This document shows, piece after piece, positions 43,223-53,160 of a stretch of DNA of 61,334 nt. Source of the DNA: a virus; the IMG/VR virus record IMGVR_UViG_3300045988_079341, one strand, 5' to 3'. A model generated the notes under the pieces. It was not told where the DNA came from. It saw only the letters and a program-made list of their open reading frames with translations, and did no database searches. Position numbers and translations under genes: made by a program. Position 1 is the stretch's first letter, and each line of letters opens with the position of its first letter.

Positions 43223-43609
43223 ATGGCAATGTCCTCATTTTTAAATGTAAACGGATACGACCTTCCGTGCCCAGCAGCCGGATTTTCGTGGACGATATCG
43301 ACTACGGTAAATGCGGGGCGCAACGTGAACAACGCAGTTGTTGGACAAAGAGTAGGACGCGATCTGTACAAGCTGGAAAATCTTAAGTGGGTTGGGTTGT
43401 ATCCGGAACAAAGAGCGCTCATATTGAAAGCCGTGAAAGATTATTTTGTTCCCGTAACCTTTGAAGATATGGAGAATCCAGGGAAAACAATAACCGTTAC
43501 CATGTACCCGGGAGACAGGAAGGGAGTTCCGCTATTCGCGGACAAATTAACGCACATGATTACAAGAGACGAAACCCTTTCTTTCAATTTAATTGATTGC
43601 GGATGGTAG
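43223..43609 (+). CDS. Putative distal tail protein
   Basis: Lies immediately after the tape measure gene. Confidence 0.45.
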   Translation: MAMSSFLNVNGYDLPCPAAGFSWTISTTVNAGRNVNNAVVGQRVGRDLYKLENLKWVGLYPEQRALILKAVKDYFVPVTFEDMENPGKTITVTMYPGDRKGVPLFADKLTHMITRDETLSFNLIDCGW

Positions 43610-43617
43610 GTGATTAA

Positions 43618-45843
43618 ATGCAGAACGCAAGCAAAGCTTATAAGCAGTCAATAAAGAGCATAGGACGCAACAGGGAGTACGTTAAGGCGACGATAGGCGT
43701 CATAAATTCAGAAGCACAGAAAAACGTTGCGTTGGACGACGTTACAGAAGTCACATATTTTTCGAATAAAAGGAAACCATTCGATCATTATACTGTAGAC
43801 AACGTGTATGCTACCCAGGAGGAAGATTTTACAAAAATCGACGGTAGCATGTACTTCTTACCAAGAGAAAACTCTGGCTATGAATTTTATAATAACGGAA
43901 TTGTTTCTTTAAACATTATGGGCGCGATAAAAATTTCTTTCAAAGGCGCTACCGGACTCGATATAAAAGGTTTAACGATAAACTTCGGAGAGTACTTCCC
44001 GGTAGAGTTTACCGTAGAAAATGACAACATATCTCACCATTACACGAATAACGATAAAGCTTACTGGTCAACAGAAGATTCGTTTGATGGAACATCTTAC
44101 TTTATCATTACTCCAATAAAAATGATAAATGGAAATGGACGATTAAGAATAGAACAGTTTTTCTGCGGAATCGTAAATGCTTTTGGGAACAATGAAGTTA
44201 TAAGTTATGCCGGTAAGGAATATGTATCTTCTATCACGGACACAATCCCCAGTAATGATGTGACGCTTACGGTAAACAATCGAAGCCAATACTATAACCC
44301 AGATAATCCGGAAAGCGCCCTTGCCTACATGGAAGTAGGGCAGGAGATAAAAGTACAATTCGGATATGATGTTGACGGTCTTGGAAACATCGAATGGATC
44401 CCAGAGCAGACGACATACCTAAAATCTTGGTCTACGACAGATACAGAGGCAAAGTTCGTTTCTACAGATAGGTTTGACTATATGACTGGAACATATCGAA
44501 GAGGACTGTACAAGGAAGAAGGGATTAACCTTTACGATCTTGCTGTTGACGTTCTTAATGACGCTGGCATAACGGACGAACGAGAGTTTTTTATCGACCC
44601 GTACCTAAAAAACGTTATTGTAAAAAATCCAGTTCCGGTGTTGAAGCACAGCGAAGCATTGCAGGTTATAGCAAACGCCGGAAGATGCACTCTCTATGAG
44701 GACAGAAACAGTAGGATACATATGCAATCTTCGTTTATCCCTGACATGGTAGCAAGTTCAAAAAACCAGACTGATTACAGCCATGTGGAGAATATATTGA
44801 GTCCTTCTCAAAAGGACGCTTACGCAATATACAGCAATGATTTTTCTGTTGTTGATGGAAGTGTTCTTTTCCTTGATTCAAATGATATAAGCAAAAACAC
44901 TGGTTATATAAGCAATTCTGTTTCAAACGAGTATGGATTGTTTGAGGAAAACCCATCAATCACGATTGAACTGGAAGCTGGGTATGTTGCTTATGGTCTT
45001 ACAATCCGTTTTCGCAATGTAGCTCCAGAAGAATTTGACATCGAAACATATTATAACGGAGAAGTTGTAGAAAGCAGACATGTGTCAGACGTGTCAAAAA
45101 ATGATTGGTCAACAAATGAGCAATTCGCACTTTTTGACAGGATGCAGATCACCTTTACCAGATCCTATCCGAACAGCAGAATAACGATTGATAACGTCAC
45201 GTTTGGAGATATAACAGATTACCACATCGAGAGAAATGACATAACATCATCTGTAACAGCAACGAGGCAAAATAAAATAAAGTCAATTTCAGTTCTAATG
45301 ACAGAATATCGGAAAACATCAGAGAAAAAGGCATTATTTTCCCAAGAAACAGTGCTGAATGTTACAGATACAACAAGGACGGTATATTTTAATAACGCAA
45401 GCTACGGAGTTACCGTAGAGGTTGAAAGCGCAGATATCACAGCAGAAGTGACTGAAAGTGGAAGCTATTATGCGGTCTTGTCATTTGCTGGCGTTAGCAA
45501 AGAAGCAACCATTAAATACACTGTATCCGGTTACGAATTTGCAACAGAAGAGATCCCGTACCATGTAAAGCACAATGACACTGGAGAAGAAAAAACATGG
45601 AAAAATCCTCTTGTAAGTGACGCGACGCACGCAAAAGCGTTGGAACGATGGCTCGCCTCGCATTTCCTTGGAGATGTCGACTATAAAATACCGTGGCGCG
45701 GAGACCCAAGAACGGACGCAAATGACGTATTTTACCTAGAACTCGCGAATGGAAGCGAAACAGAAATAAGGACATACCAAAACGAGCTTAAATTCAGCGG
45801 ATCGCTGAGCGGAACTATGAGAGCTAGAAAGGCGGTGATTTAA
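43618..45843 (+). CDS. Tail tip / baseplate structural protein
   Basis: 741 aa, positioned in the tail tip region. Confidence 0.55.
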   Translation: MQNASKAYKQSIKSIGRNREYVKATIGVINSEAQKNVALDDVTEVTYFSNKRKPFDHYTVDNVYATQEEDFTKIDGSMYFLPRENSGYEFYNNGIVSLNIMGAIKISFKGATGLDIKGLTINFGEYFPVEFTVENDNISHHYTNNDKAYWSTEDSFDGTSYFIITPIKMINGNGRLRIEQFFCGIVNAFGNNEVISYAGKEYVSSITDTIPSNDVTLTVNNRSQYYNPDNPESALAYMEVGQEIKVQFGYDVDGLGNIEWIPEQTTYLKSWSTTDTEAKFVSTDRFDYMTGTYRRGLYKEEGINLYDLAVDVLNDAGITDEREFFIDPYLKNVIVKNPVPVLKHSEALQVIANAGRCTLYEDRNSRIHMQSSFIPDMVASSKNQTDYSHVENILSPSQKDAYAIYSNDFSVVDGSVLFLDSNDISKNTGYISNSVSNEYGLFEENPSITIELEAGYVAYGLTIRFRNVAPEEFDIETYYNGEVVESRHVSDVSKNDWSTNEQFALFDRMQITFTRSYPNSRITIDNVTFGDITDYHIERNDITSSVTATRQNKIKSISVLMTEYRKTSEKKALFSQETVLNVTDTTRTVYFNNASYGVTVEVESADITAEVTESGSYYAVLSFAGVSKEATIKYTVSGYEFATEEIPYHVKHNDTGEEKTWKNPLVSDATHAKALERWLASHFLGDVDYKIPWRGDPRTDANDVFYLELANGSETEIRTYQNELKFSGSLSGTMRARKAVI

Positions 45844-46269
45844 TTGCCTGACGAAATTACAGAGTTGATACCTCCGAAAACGGATTGGTTATCTTCGGAC
45901 AGGTTTAATATCGAGGACTACAACCGAATCAGGAACAATATTTTGTATATACACGGTATCGCTAATCAGGTCTATCCGTCGTTTGAGCTCGAAAGTATGG
46001 GAGAGATCAAAAACTCTTACGAGGGATACTGGACGGCGAATGAATTCAATGCAATCGAGAGCAACGTGTCCGCAATCAACGATCATATCTTGTCGAAAGA
46101 TTACGGAGTTCCACAACGTTTTTTCCCGAATGGGGCTTTTATAAAATGGGATGAACTAAACAGAATTGAATCTGCAATATCGTCTATGAACGCTATTTTA
46201 GCAAGGCAAAAAGGAAGCATACCACGGCTGCAGTTCAGACTTGGAAACTACAAATCCATTAAAATTTAA
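45844..46269 (+). CDS. Tail-associated hypothetical protein
   Basis: TTG start abuts the upstream stop. Assigned by position. Confidence 0.4.
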   Translation: MPDEITELIPPKTDWLSSDRFNIEDYNRIRNNILYIHGIANQVYPSFELESMGEIKNSYEGYWTANEFNAIESNVSAINDHILSKDYGVPQRFFPNGAFIKWDELNRIESAISSMNAILARQKGSIPRLQFRLGNYKSIKI

Positions 46270-46285
46270 TCATGTGGAGGCACTT

Positions 46286-47575
46286 ATGTATTTAAAGTTT
46301 TTAAACAGTAAAAAGGCGATAGAATGCTCTGTTATTACGTGCGGAGACAACGTCGTTACGATTCTGCCAAAAACCAAAATATCGGTAAACACAACTGGAT
46401 TTGACCTGTATTTAGACAAAGACTGCGAAAACAACATAGGTGGAGATTATTACCATGGTTTCACTACAGTCTACAGGAACGATTCGGAAACAAAAAAATA
46501 CAATGGATATCAGCTTTCAAATGACGGAAGTGTTTACGAAAAAGAAAAGCACACAGTTCTGTTTCGTGCCGGCGCAAATGGTCATCTTTCCGGGAACTTG
46601 GAAATAAAGGCGGATGACTATAGCGGTCTGATTGTTCCGGAAGCTTCTGGCGAAGAAGGATACAAATTTTCTGGATGGCTTCCGGAAATACCAAAAGACG
46701 GAGATATAAAGGAAGATATTACGTTTACTGCTATTTTTTGTGAAAAACCAACAGTAACTTTCAAATCCTCAGAAAATGGTGGAATTATCGGAAACAGTGT
46801 GCAAAAAGTTGACCGTTACGAAGATTTAAAGATTCCAGATGTTTCTCCGATTTCTGGTTACGAGTTTGCCGGGTGGCTTCCTGAAATTCCGGCGTCTGGC
46901 GACATAGACACAAACAAAAAGTTCACAGCAAAAATACGAAAAATATTTGTTCCTACAATCAGGTTTACTGTGTCAGATAAAGGTACAATTTCCGGAGATG
47001 CGGAGCAGCACGAAACTTCTTATGAAAACATAATTGTTCCCAGTGTGGAAACAGAAGAAAATTACAGGTTTACCGGCTGGGTTCCGGAGGTTCCAAAAAG
47101 CGGAAGCATCGAATCTGACGTAACATTTGCAGCAGACATAGAATATGTCCCTACGCTGGATGATGTAAAGGAAGAAAAAATCCTGTCATTAAATTCCGAG
47201 CAGCAGTCCACCATTGCAGAAGGGTTTGACATCACTCTTACGAGCGGAACTGTAGAACATTTTACGTTGACAGAGCGAGACCAGACAAGCCTTGTCGGAT
47301 TGCAGACGCTTGTTATGTCAGGAGCCGAGTCTATACCGTGGCACACATCGGATCATTCTGAGCACTGCCGCTATTACTCGAACGCAGACATGTCGCTGAT
47401 TGTGAGCAAGGCATTACAGTTCGTCACATATCACGTTACATATTTTAGAGACCTGAGAATATATGTAAACAGCATGGTAGACAAAGAGAGTGTAAACGCT
47501 GCTTATTACGGAATGTACGTACCGGAGGAATATCAGTCCGAGGTATTAAAGGACATTTACAAGCAGCCGAACTAA
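46286..47575 (+). CDS. Tail fibre-like protein with three Listeria-Bacteroides (InlB B-type) repeats
   Basis: Three repeat copies: YKFSGWLPEIPKDGDIKEDITFTAIF, YEFAGWLPEIPASGDIDTNKKFTAK and YRFTGWVPEVPKSGSIESDVTFAADI. Confidence 0.6.
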   Translation: MYLKFLNSKKAIECSVITCGDNVVTILPKTKISVNTTGFDLYLDKDCENNIGGDYYHGFTTVYRNDSETKKYNGYQLSNDGSVYEKEKHTVLFRAGANGHLSGNLEIKADDYSGLIVPEASGEEGYKFSGWLPEIPKDGDIKEDITFTAIFCEKPTVTFKSSENGGIIGNSVQKVDRYEDLKIPDVSPISGYEFAGWLPEIPASGDIDTNKKFTAKIRKIFVPTIRFTVSDKGTISGDAEQHETSYENIIVPSVETEENYRFTGWVPEVPKSGSIESDVTFAADIEYVPTLDDVKEEKILSLNSEQQSTIAEGFDITLTSGTVEHFTLTERDQTSLVGLQTLVMSGAESIPWHTSDHSEHCRYYSNADMSLIVSKALQFVTYHVTYFRDLRIYVNSMVDKESVNAAYYGMYVPEEYQSEVLKDIYKQPN

Positions 47576-47593
47576 AACGTTGGAGGAATCGAA

Positions 47594-48394
47594 ATGGCAA
47601 AAAGAACGCTGGCGACAGATTTTAAGGACGATATACTTGCCGAAAGCATGGATGGTAAGAGAAGATATAGACTTGTTGCAAATGGAGACGGAACGTATTG
47701 CCTCGAGGACGCAAGCGTTTACGAACAAACTGGCAGTATCTACGGTGCGAAACAGGTAAACGAAGCGAACGAAGCAATAAACAATTCCGCGGACTCTGCG
47801 AAAATAATTGACGACATCGATGCTGTTTTAGCAAACACGGTCGGCGGGTACATGGCAGGAGCCATGGCAGTCAAAGGTCTTGATGGAAAATTAAAAACTG
47901 TCGCAAAAACAGGAAGTTACAATGATCTTACGGACAAGCCCAAAATTCCATCAGGCGCAGCAGCAGATTATGCTGTTGCTGATAATGACACAACAAACAG
48001 TGCCGCAAGCCTTGTTACGGCAAGAGTTGCATACGAACACGGAACAGAAATTGACGGTCTTTCGGAAACGATCGAAAAAAGATTCCCGGCTGGAACCGGA
48101 ATAGAATGGGACGGAACAAACTTTTACGGTACAACCACGGACGGTGTAAAAAAAAAATTGGGTAGATCAGGGACGATTGCAGGCGCTGGAGCATACTTTA
48201 TCGATCCTCCGCATTCAATATATCTTAAAACATGGCAAACTGGTTGCGTAAAATGGGATGGTAATAATTTGATTGTGACTGTCGAAGATGACTACGCGCA
48301 AGGTCATCTTAAGGCTGGTACGGTTATCGGGAAAACACAACAACCTCAGCAATGGGGAGACACGACAGACGGAATGTTCACACTTTGGTATTAA
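47594..48394 (+). CDS. Tail fibre protein
   Basis: ...VAKTGSYNDLTDKPKIP... motif typical of fibre proteins. Contains an A10 tract. Confidence 0.55.
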   Translation: MAKRTLATDFKDDILAESMDGKRRYRLVANGDGTYCLEDASVYEQTGSIYGAKQVNEANEAINNSADSAKIIDDIDAVLANTVGGYMAGAMAVKGLDGKLKTVAKTGSYNDLTDKPKIPSGAAADYAVADNDTTNSAASLVTARVAYEHGTEIDGLSETIEKRFPAGTGIEWDGTNFYGTTTDGVKKKLGRSGTIAGAGAYFIDPPHSIYLKTWQTGCVKWDGNNLIVTVEDDYAQGHLKAGTVIGKTQQPQQWGDTTDGMFTLWY

Positions 48395-48413
48395 GATTCG
48401 GAGGCAATACTTT

Positions 48414-48839
48414 ATGCATTATCTAAAAATCTTATTTAAATATTGCGTTTTGCTTTCCTTCGGCGGAATAACGTACAATACTCTCGAGCGTATGGCAAGA
48501 GGGCACACACACTGGACGATGTTTATCGTCGGCGGGTTGTGTTTTTGCATGATCGGACTGATAAACGAAGTTATTCCATGGGAAATGGCATTCTGGAAAC
48601 AGTGTGTCATAGGTGGCTGCATTGTAACTGTGGTGGAGTTTATATCTGGGTGCATAATAAACATTTGGCTCGGCTGGCATGTTTGGGATTACTCAAACAT
48701 GCCTTTTAATATTTTGGGGCAAATATGCCTACCGTTTTCGCTCCTATGGTGCGTCGTATCGGCGGTTGCAATTGTGTGTGATGACTATTTAAGGTACTGG
48801 TTTTTTAATGAGGAAAAGCCAGTGTACAAGCTATTTTGA
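48414..48839 (+). CDS. Polytopic membrane protein (DUF1113 / putative ABC-transporter type IV family pattern)
   Basis: ...ERMARGHTHWTMFIVGG...EFISGCIINIWLGWHVWDYSNMPFNILGQICL... (family recalled from memory). Confidence 0.55.
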   Translation: MHYLKILFKYCVLLSFGGITYNTLERMARGHTHWTMFIVGGLCFCMIGLINEVIPWEMAFWKQCVIGGCIVTVVEFISGCIINIWLGWHVWDYSNMPFNILGQICLPFSLLWCVVSAVAIVCDDYLRYWFFNEEKPVYKLF

Positions 48840-48855
48840 AAGGAATATAAAAGCT

Positions 48856-49218
48856 ATGGTAGAAATTTTAAAGCTGATCGGAATCCTTGGTATAGCGGTG
48901 CTTTGCAATATCCTTGGCGGATTATATGTAAACATCGGACTTAATGACGGTCAATTCGATACAAAAAAGCTTCTGTACGGGCTTGCAAAGGCATCCTGTG
49001 TAGCGGCAATGTTTATCGGTCTTGCCTACACGATCGAGCAGATTCCGAGTCTGTCAGACACTCTTGGTATGGAACCAAAAGCCACCCTGATTGCTGCTAT
49101 CGGCGTTTACTCCGGTAAGGTTGTAAAGCACTTGTCCAGCATTTTCGGAAGCGATGCGATTAAAAAAGCAGAGAAAACAACCGGAACAGAAGAGTTGGAA
49201 GAATACCAGGATATGTGA
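48856..49218 (+). CDS. Holin
   Basis: Small protein with 2-3 TM segments directly upstream of the endolysin. Confidence 0.55.
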   Translation: MVEILKLIGILGIAVLCNILGGLYVNIGLNDGQFDTKKLLYGLAKASCVAAMFIGLAYTIEQIPSLSDTLGMEPKATLIAAIGVYSGKVVKHLSSIFGSDAIKKAEKTTGTEELEEYQDM

Positions 49219-49229
49219 GGTGCAAGAAA

Positions 49230-50459
49230 ATGAAAGTAGAAGAATTTTTATCTACGGTCGCGCATGAAATTGTAAGCTCCTGCAATGCCGTTAACCTGCT
49301 TCCATCCCCGTCAATCGCTCAGGCGATAATTGAAAGTAAATATGGTACGAGCCAGCTTGCAACAGAAGGAAATGCGCTTTTTGGAATTAAAGCGGACAGC
49401 AGGTGGAGTGGTAAAGCTTGCCAGAAGCTTACAAAAGAGTACGTAAATGGCAAATATATCGACGTTATGGCCTCGTTTCGCGCCTATGACAGCTGGAACG
49501 ATTCCATAAAAGACCACGCGGACTTCCTCGTGCAGAATAAGCGCTACGCAAACCTGATCGGTCAGAGAGATTACAAGACGTATTGCGAGCTCATAAAAGC
49601 GGACGGATACGCGACATCTGCCACCTACGCAGAAACGCTTATAAACTGTATCGAGGCATACAACCTGACAAAGTATGATTCTACAACCGGATCGGATGTA
49701 GTGGAAACACCCACGGTACAAATAAGGAGTTTCAACATCCACGCGGGGCACAATCCATCCGGAATGCCGGCAGCTGGATCCGTTGGATATTTAAACGAAT
49801 CAGACGAAAACCGGAATGTTTGCAATGCTCTGATCGGTAAAATCCGTTCCGCGGGGCATACGGTTTACGATTGCACATGCAATAACGGGTTGAGTCAAAA
49901 AGATATTTTGCAAAAGATTGTATCGAAGTGCAACGAGCACGCGGTTGATCTTGATATTTCGATACATTTTAACGCTTTGTCCAAAGAGACTGCATCCGAC
50001 GGCAGGACAAGAGGTGTGGAGGTATGGATCCACCCAAAAAACAAGGGAACAGGAATCGAAAGCTATGCGCAGAAAATATGTAACAGCGTCGCGTCTCTTG
50101 GGTTTACGAACCGGGGTGTTAAATATAGCAACGGTTTATATGTCTTAAAAAATACCAAAGCGCCAGCTATGCTGATTGAATGCTGCTTTGTGGATGATCT
50201 GGACGACTACGCACTGTATGACTGTGAAAAGATGGTGCAGGCAATCTACGACGGTTTGGAAATCAAACCCGTGAATGCGACCGGAGAAGCAGGAAAAGAT
50301 GAGCCGGAAACGAAAACCCTGTATTATGTCATTGCCGGGGTATATTCTTCCGAACAAAACGCAACTGCTTTTGCAAGTATGCTTGCAGAAAAGGGATACC
50401 TGATGAATACAGAAGGGCATCTCATGAAAGGAATAAAGACACAGATCAAGGAAATTTAG
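49230..50459 (+). CDS. Endolysin: glucosaminidase plus N-acetylmuramoyl-L-alanine amidase plus SPOR-like domain
   Basis: AQAIIESKYGTSQLATEGNALFGIKA (glucosaminidase). HAGHNPSG...ISIHFNA...GVEVW...LYVLKNTKAPAMLIECCFVDD (Amidase_3). C-terminal YYVIAGVYSSEQNATAFASML (SPOR-like). Confidence 0.85.
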   Translation: MKVEEFLSTVAHEIVSSCNAVNLLPSPSIAQAIIESKYGTSQLATEGNALFGIKADSRWSGKACQKLTKEYVNGKYIDVMASFRAYDSWNDSIKDHADFLVQNKRYANLIGQRDYKTYCELIKADGYATSATYAETLINCIEAYNLTKYDSTTGSDVVETPTVQIRSFNIHAGHNPSGMPAAGSVGYLNESDENRNVCNALIGKIRSAGHTVYDCTCNNGLSQKDILQKIVSKCNEHAVDLDISIHFNALSKETASDGRTRGVEVWIHPKNKGTGIESYAQKICNSVASLGFTNRGVKYSNGLYVLKNTKAPAMLIECCFVDDLDDYALYDCEKMVQAIYDGLEIKPVNATGEAGKDEPETKTLYYVIAGVYSSEQNATAFASMLAEKGYLMNTEGHLMKGIKTQIKEI

Positions 50460-50488
50460 GGGCTTATTGCAAGCCCCTTTATTTTTTT
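50458..50488 (+). terminator. Rho-independent terminator after the lysis cassette
   Basis: Stem aggggctt/aagcccct followed by a T-run. Confidence 0.8.
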
Positions 50489-50616
50489 GCCCGAAAACGC
50501 TGTATTCGACATTTTTTACGCTTCCGGTGCAGTATGATACAGACAGCCTTAACAAATGGCATACGAGTTCTGGCGGCAGGGCGGTGTTTTTGGCATTGCA
50601 TCGCCCTACAAAATAC

Positions 50617-50645
50617 TTTACAAAATAGAACGCACGTTCTATAAT
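50617..50645 (+). promoter_or_regulatory. Promoter with TAGAAC-N4-GTTCTA operator in the spacer
   Basis: TTTACA (50617), 17-nt spacer, TATAAT (50640). Inverted repeat tagaac/gttcta at 50626..50641. Confidence 0.5.
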
Positions 50646-50689
50646 GATTTTATCGCTACTGAGTGCGGAAGTGATTGGAGGGGGTCTTG

Positions 50690-50821
50690 GTGAATGAAAA
50701 AGAAGTTTACAGGGAACGCATTATTGAGATGGTAAAGAAAGCGGAAAATAACGACATACTGCAATTCCTGTATATTGTAATTTCTGATTTGGAAGGAATA
50801 GCAGATAGTAAAAGGGAGTGA
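50690..50821 (+). CDS. Possible small helical protein (43 aa)
   Basis: GTG start 5 nt after ggaggggg. VNEKEVYRERIIEMVKKAENNDILQFLYIVISDL. Confidence 0.4.
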   Translation: MNEKEVYRERIIEMVKKAENNDILQFLYIVISDLEGIADSKRE

Positions 50822-51162
50822 TGATAAACATGGATTGCGAAAATAAGCCGAAGTTTCGGTTTCCCACAATTTTCAGAAAGAAGCATAAGAGCTCCGAAAT
50901 CGACACAAGCATTGAAGGATTCAGATATGTCGGAATCAATCTGACAAAAGAACAATACCAGGATCTTGTTGCGCTTAATATATCGTTAATAAGCGGCGAG
51001 AGAGATTATATCCCTGTTTTTAACATGATGATTCTGCTGAAAATTTTAGGATTACTTCCACCCGAAATGATATGTGATGTAGGCGAGAGCAATACCAGCA
51101 ATGATAGTGGCGATGATTTCCGCAATGAATTTCAGAGAAAGTTTGGAAAATGCAGAGAGTGA
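50818..51162 (+). CDS. Hypothetical ORF (114 aa), doubtful 3' end
   Basis: It overlaps the convergent 51052..51396 gene by about 110 nt, so one of the two may be mis-called. Confidence 0.3.
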   Translation: MMINMDCENKPKFRFPTIFRKKHKSSEIDTSIEGFRYVGINLTKEQYQDLVALNISLISGERDYIPVFNMMILLKILGLLPPEMICDVGESNTSNDSGDDFRNEFQRKFGKCRE

Positions 51163-51396
51163 TTTCTTGGCTTTTGACCTTCTGGTCAAATCGTCATAGG
51201 CACTTAAACCTAAAGAAGTTACTTCAATGTCTCCAAGAGTTGAGGATATATAACCATTTGTATTCAATTTTTTAATAAAATTTGACAAGGTAATACCGTC
51301 AATTTCTAGCTTGTTCATCACATCTGTATGATAGGCAAGACCGTTTGGCTTTCTGCATTCTACAATAGCTTTTAAAACATCATCTGATGTAATCAT
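51052..51396 (-). CDS. Membrane-anchored winged-helix-like protein co-transcribed with the repressor (superinfection-related?)
   Basis: C-terminal TM IAEIIATIIAGIALAYITY. Lies immediately downstream of the CI-like gene. Confidence 0.5.
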   Translation of the reverse strand: MITSDDVLKAIVECRKPNGLAYHTDVMNKLEIDGITLSNFIKKLNTNGYISSTLGDIEVTSLGLSAYDDLTRRSKAKKSLSAFSKLSLKFIAEIIATIIAGIALAYITYHFGWK

Positions 51397-51398
51397 AT

Positions 51399-51740
51399 TT
51401 ACACCTCACTAAGCATGTTTATTGTTTCAATAACATGCTTTTTCTTTTCGTCTGAAAGTTCAAAATATTTTCTCAATGCTTTAGCCATCTCTGGGTCTTG
51501 AACCAATTTTCCTACTAACTTTGCCGTTTCTGCTGACAGGTCTACCTTTGGTTCTTCTCCGGTCAGAAGATAATCTGTGCTCACATTGAGAAAAGCTGCT
51601 ATTTCTTTAATTCTACTACTTGGAATATCTTTTGCTTTTGCTAGAGAACCATTACTGTATTTTAACGTTTGTTCAAGTGTAGTGATGCTGATGCCCTTCT
51701 TTTCTCTGCATAGTGTTTTTATGCGTTCCAGTACTGTCAT
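51399..51740 (-). CDS. CI-like repressor (XRE-family HTH)
   Basis: MTVLERIKTLCREKKGISITTLEQTLKYSNGSLAKAK...IAAFLNVSTDYLLTGE. Divergent from a Cro-like gene. Confidence 0.75.
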   Translation of the reverse strand: MTVLERIKTLCREKKGISITTLEQTLKYSNGSLAKAKDIPSSRIKEIAAFLNVSTDYLLTGEEPKVDLSAETAKLVGKLVQDPEMAKALRKYFELSDEKKKHVIETINMLSEV

Positions 51741-51781
51741 ATAATCGCCTCTTAAAACTAGAAGAAAATCTACAAAAATGC

Positions 51782-51927
51782 TTGACAAACTAGAACATAA
51801 TCTATATACTATCCTTATCGACTAGAAAATGTTCTATAAAAGAAATAGTAAATAGAAGATGTTCTTGTTATGTGTGGTAGCTTAATTTTAGAATATATTC
51901 TAATAAATGTCAATAGAACATTATCTA
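51782..51927. promoter_or_regulatory. Genetic-switch region: two face-to-face promoters and four TAGAA-N4-TTCTA-type sites
   Basis: Rightward promoter TTGACA (51782), 17-nt spacer, TATACT (51805). Leftward promoter TTGACA (51913..51908), 17-nt spacer, TAAAAT (51890..51885). Sites at 51791, 51823, 51853 and 51914. Confidence 0.5.
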
Positions 51928-51954
51928 AATAAAGAAAAGAAAGGAGGATTGGAT

Positions 51955-52143
51955 GTGATTTATGACAAAGTGATTGAGTATTGCGAGAAAAACAAGTTGT
52001 CCATAGCGGCATTTGAGAAAAATTGCCGAATTGGAAATGGCACAATCGGAAGATGGAAAAATAATTCTTCGCTTCCTGCCATGTCAACATTACAGAAGAT
52101 GGAAATTGCCACAGGAGTTCCAATTAGAAAATGGATTGAGTAG
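51955..52143 (+). CDS. Cro-like HTH regulator
   Basis: KLSIAAFEKNCRIGNGTIGRWKNNSSLPAMSTLQKMEIATGVPIRKWI. GTG start 7 nt after aaggagg. Confidence 0.65.
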   Translation: MIYDKVIEYCEKNKLSIAAFEKNCRIGNGTIGRWKNNSSLPAMSTLQKMEIATGVPIRKWIE

Positions 52144-52155
52144 GAGGTGAGAGAA

Positions 52156-52965
52156 ATGCGTTCGATAGTACATATTGGAAATTCGGATATTTCCGTAAAA
52201 GAGTACAACGGTCAGCGAGTAGTTACATTTAAAGACATCGACATTGTACATGGCAGACCAGAAGGAACGGCGAGCAGGAATTTTAGAACTAACAAAGAAA
52301 GATTCATCAATGGCGAAGATTTCTTTAAAGTAAGCTCCGACGAAATTCGTCGCACCAACATTTTTGAAATTCCGGACAAGGCAACTGCTGATTATGCACT
52401 TATCACGGAGCAAGGATATCTGATGCTGGTAAAGTCTTTCACGGACGATTTGGCATGGGATGTCCAGAGGCAGTTGGTGAATGGATATTTCAAGAAAAGA
52501 GAAAAAGTGAACAAAGCATTATCACCGGAGCTTCAGATGTTACAGGGGCTTCTGTCACAGATGGTTGAAAAAGAGCTTGCTGATAAGGAACGTGACCGGC
52601 AGATTGCCATTGCCCGGGAAACCGCTGACAAGGCAGTTGCAACAACTGAGAGCATTAAAGAAGCTGTGAAGCCAGTATTCGATAACTGGAGGTCGGAAAT
52701 CAATCTGAAATTTAACCGTATTCAGAGAAATGCAGGGGCAGAGTTCCGTGCACTTCGGTCAGAAATGTATCTGGAACTGGAACGGAGAGCCGGATGTGAT
52801 CTGAATACCAGATTGAGAAACAAGCGTAATCGCATGGTGGAAAATGGATGCACAAAGGCAAAAGTCAGCGCACTGAACAAAATGGATGTCATTGAAGATG
52901 ATAAAAAGTTGCGTGAAATTTTCTCAAAAATCGTGACTGAATATGAAATCAGATATTGTGCGTAG
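52156..52965 (+). CDS. ORF6N-domain antirepressor-like protein
   Basis: VKEYNGQRVVTFKDIDIVHGRPEGTASRNFRTNKERFINGEDFFKV, with a C-terminal coiled-coil/ORF6C-like part. Confidence 0.6.
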   Translation: MRSIVHIGNSDISVKEYNGQRVVTFKDIDIVHGRPEGTASRNFRTNKERFINGEDFFKVSSDEIRRTNIFEIPDKATADYALITEQGYLMLVKSFTDDLAWDVQRQLVNGYFKKREKVNKALSPELQMLQGLLSQMVEKELADKERDRQIAIARETADKAVATTESIKEAVKPVFDNWRSEINLKFNRIQRNAGAEFRALRSEMYLELERRAGCDLNTRLRNKRNRMVENGCTKAKVSALNKMDVIEDDKKLREIFSKIVTEYEIRYCA

Positions 52966-52980
52966 AAAGGAGATGAAGAT

Positions 52981-53160
52981 GTGAACATAGAAAACGAAAT
53001 TCACAAAACTTGTGAAGAAGTAGCGGAAAATTGCAAAAAGGCAAACACCATGTCGAACATAGCGATTGCCTGTGGGATTCTTTCGATATTGGTCAATTTA
53101 GTAGCTGGATTAGATAAGATAGAATCTTTTGCCCGTTATGTACAATCGTGTCTACATTGA
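52981..53160 (+). CDS. Possible small membrane protein (59 aa)
   Basis: GTG start 8 nt after aaggag. TM IAIACGILSILVNLVAGL. Confidence 0.3.
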   Translation: MNIENEIHKTCEEVAENCKKANTMSNIAIACGILSILVNLVAGLDKIESFARYVQSCLH

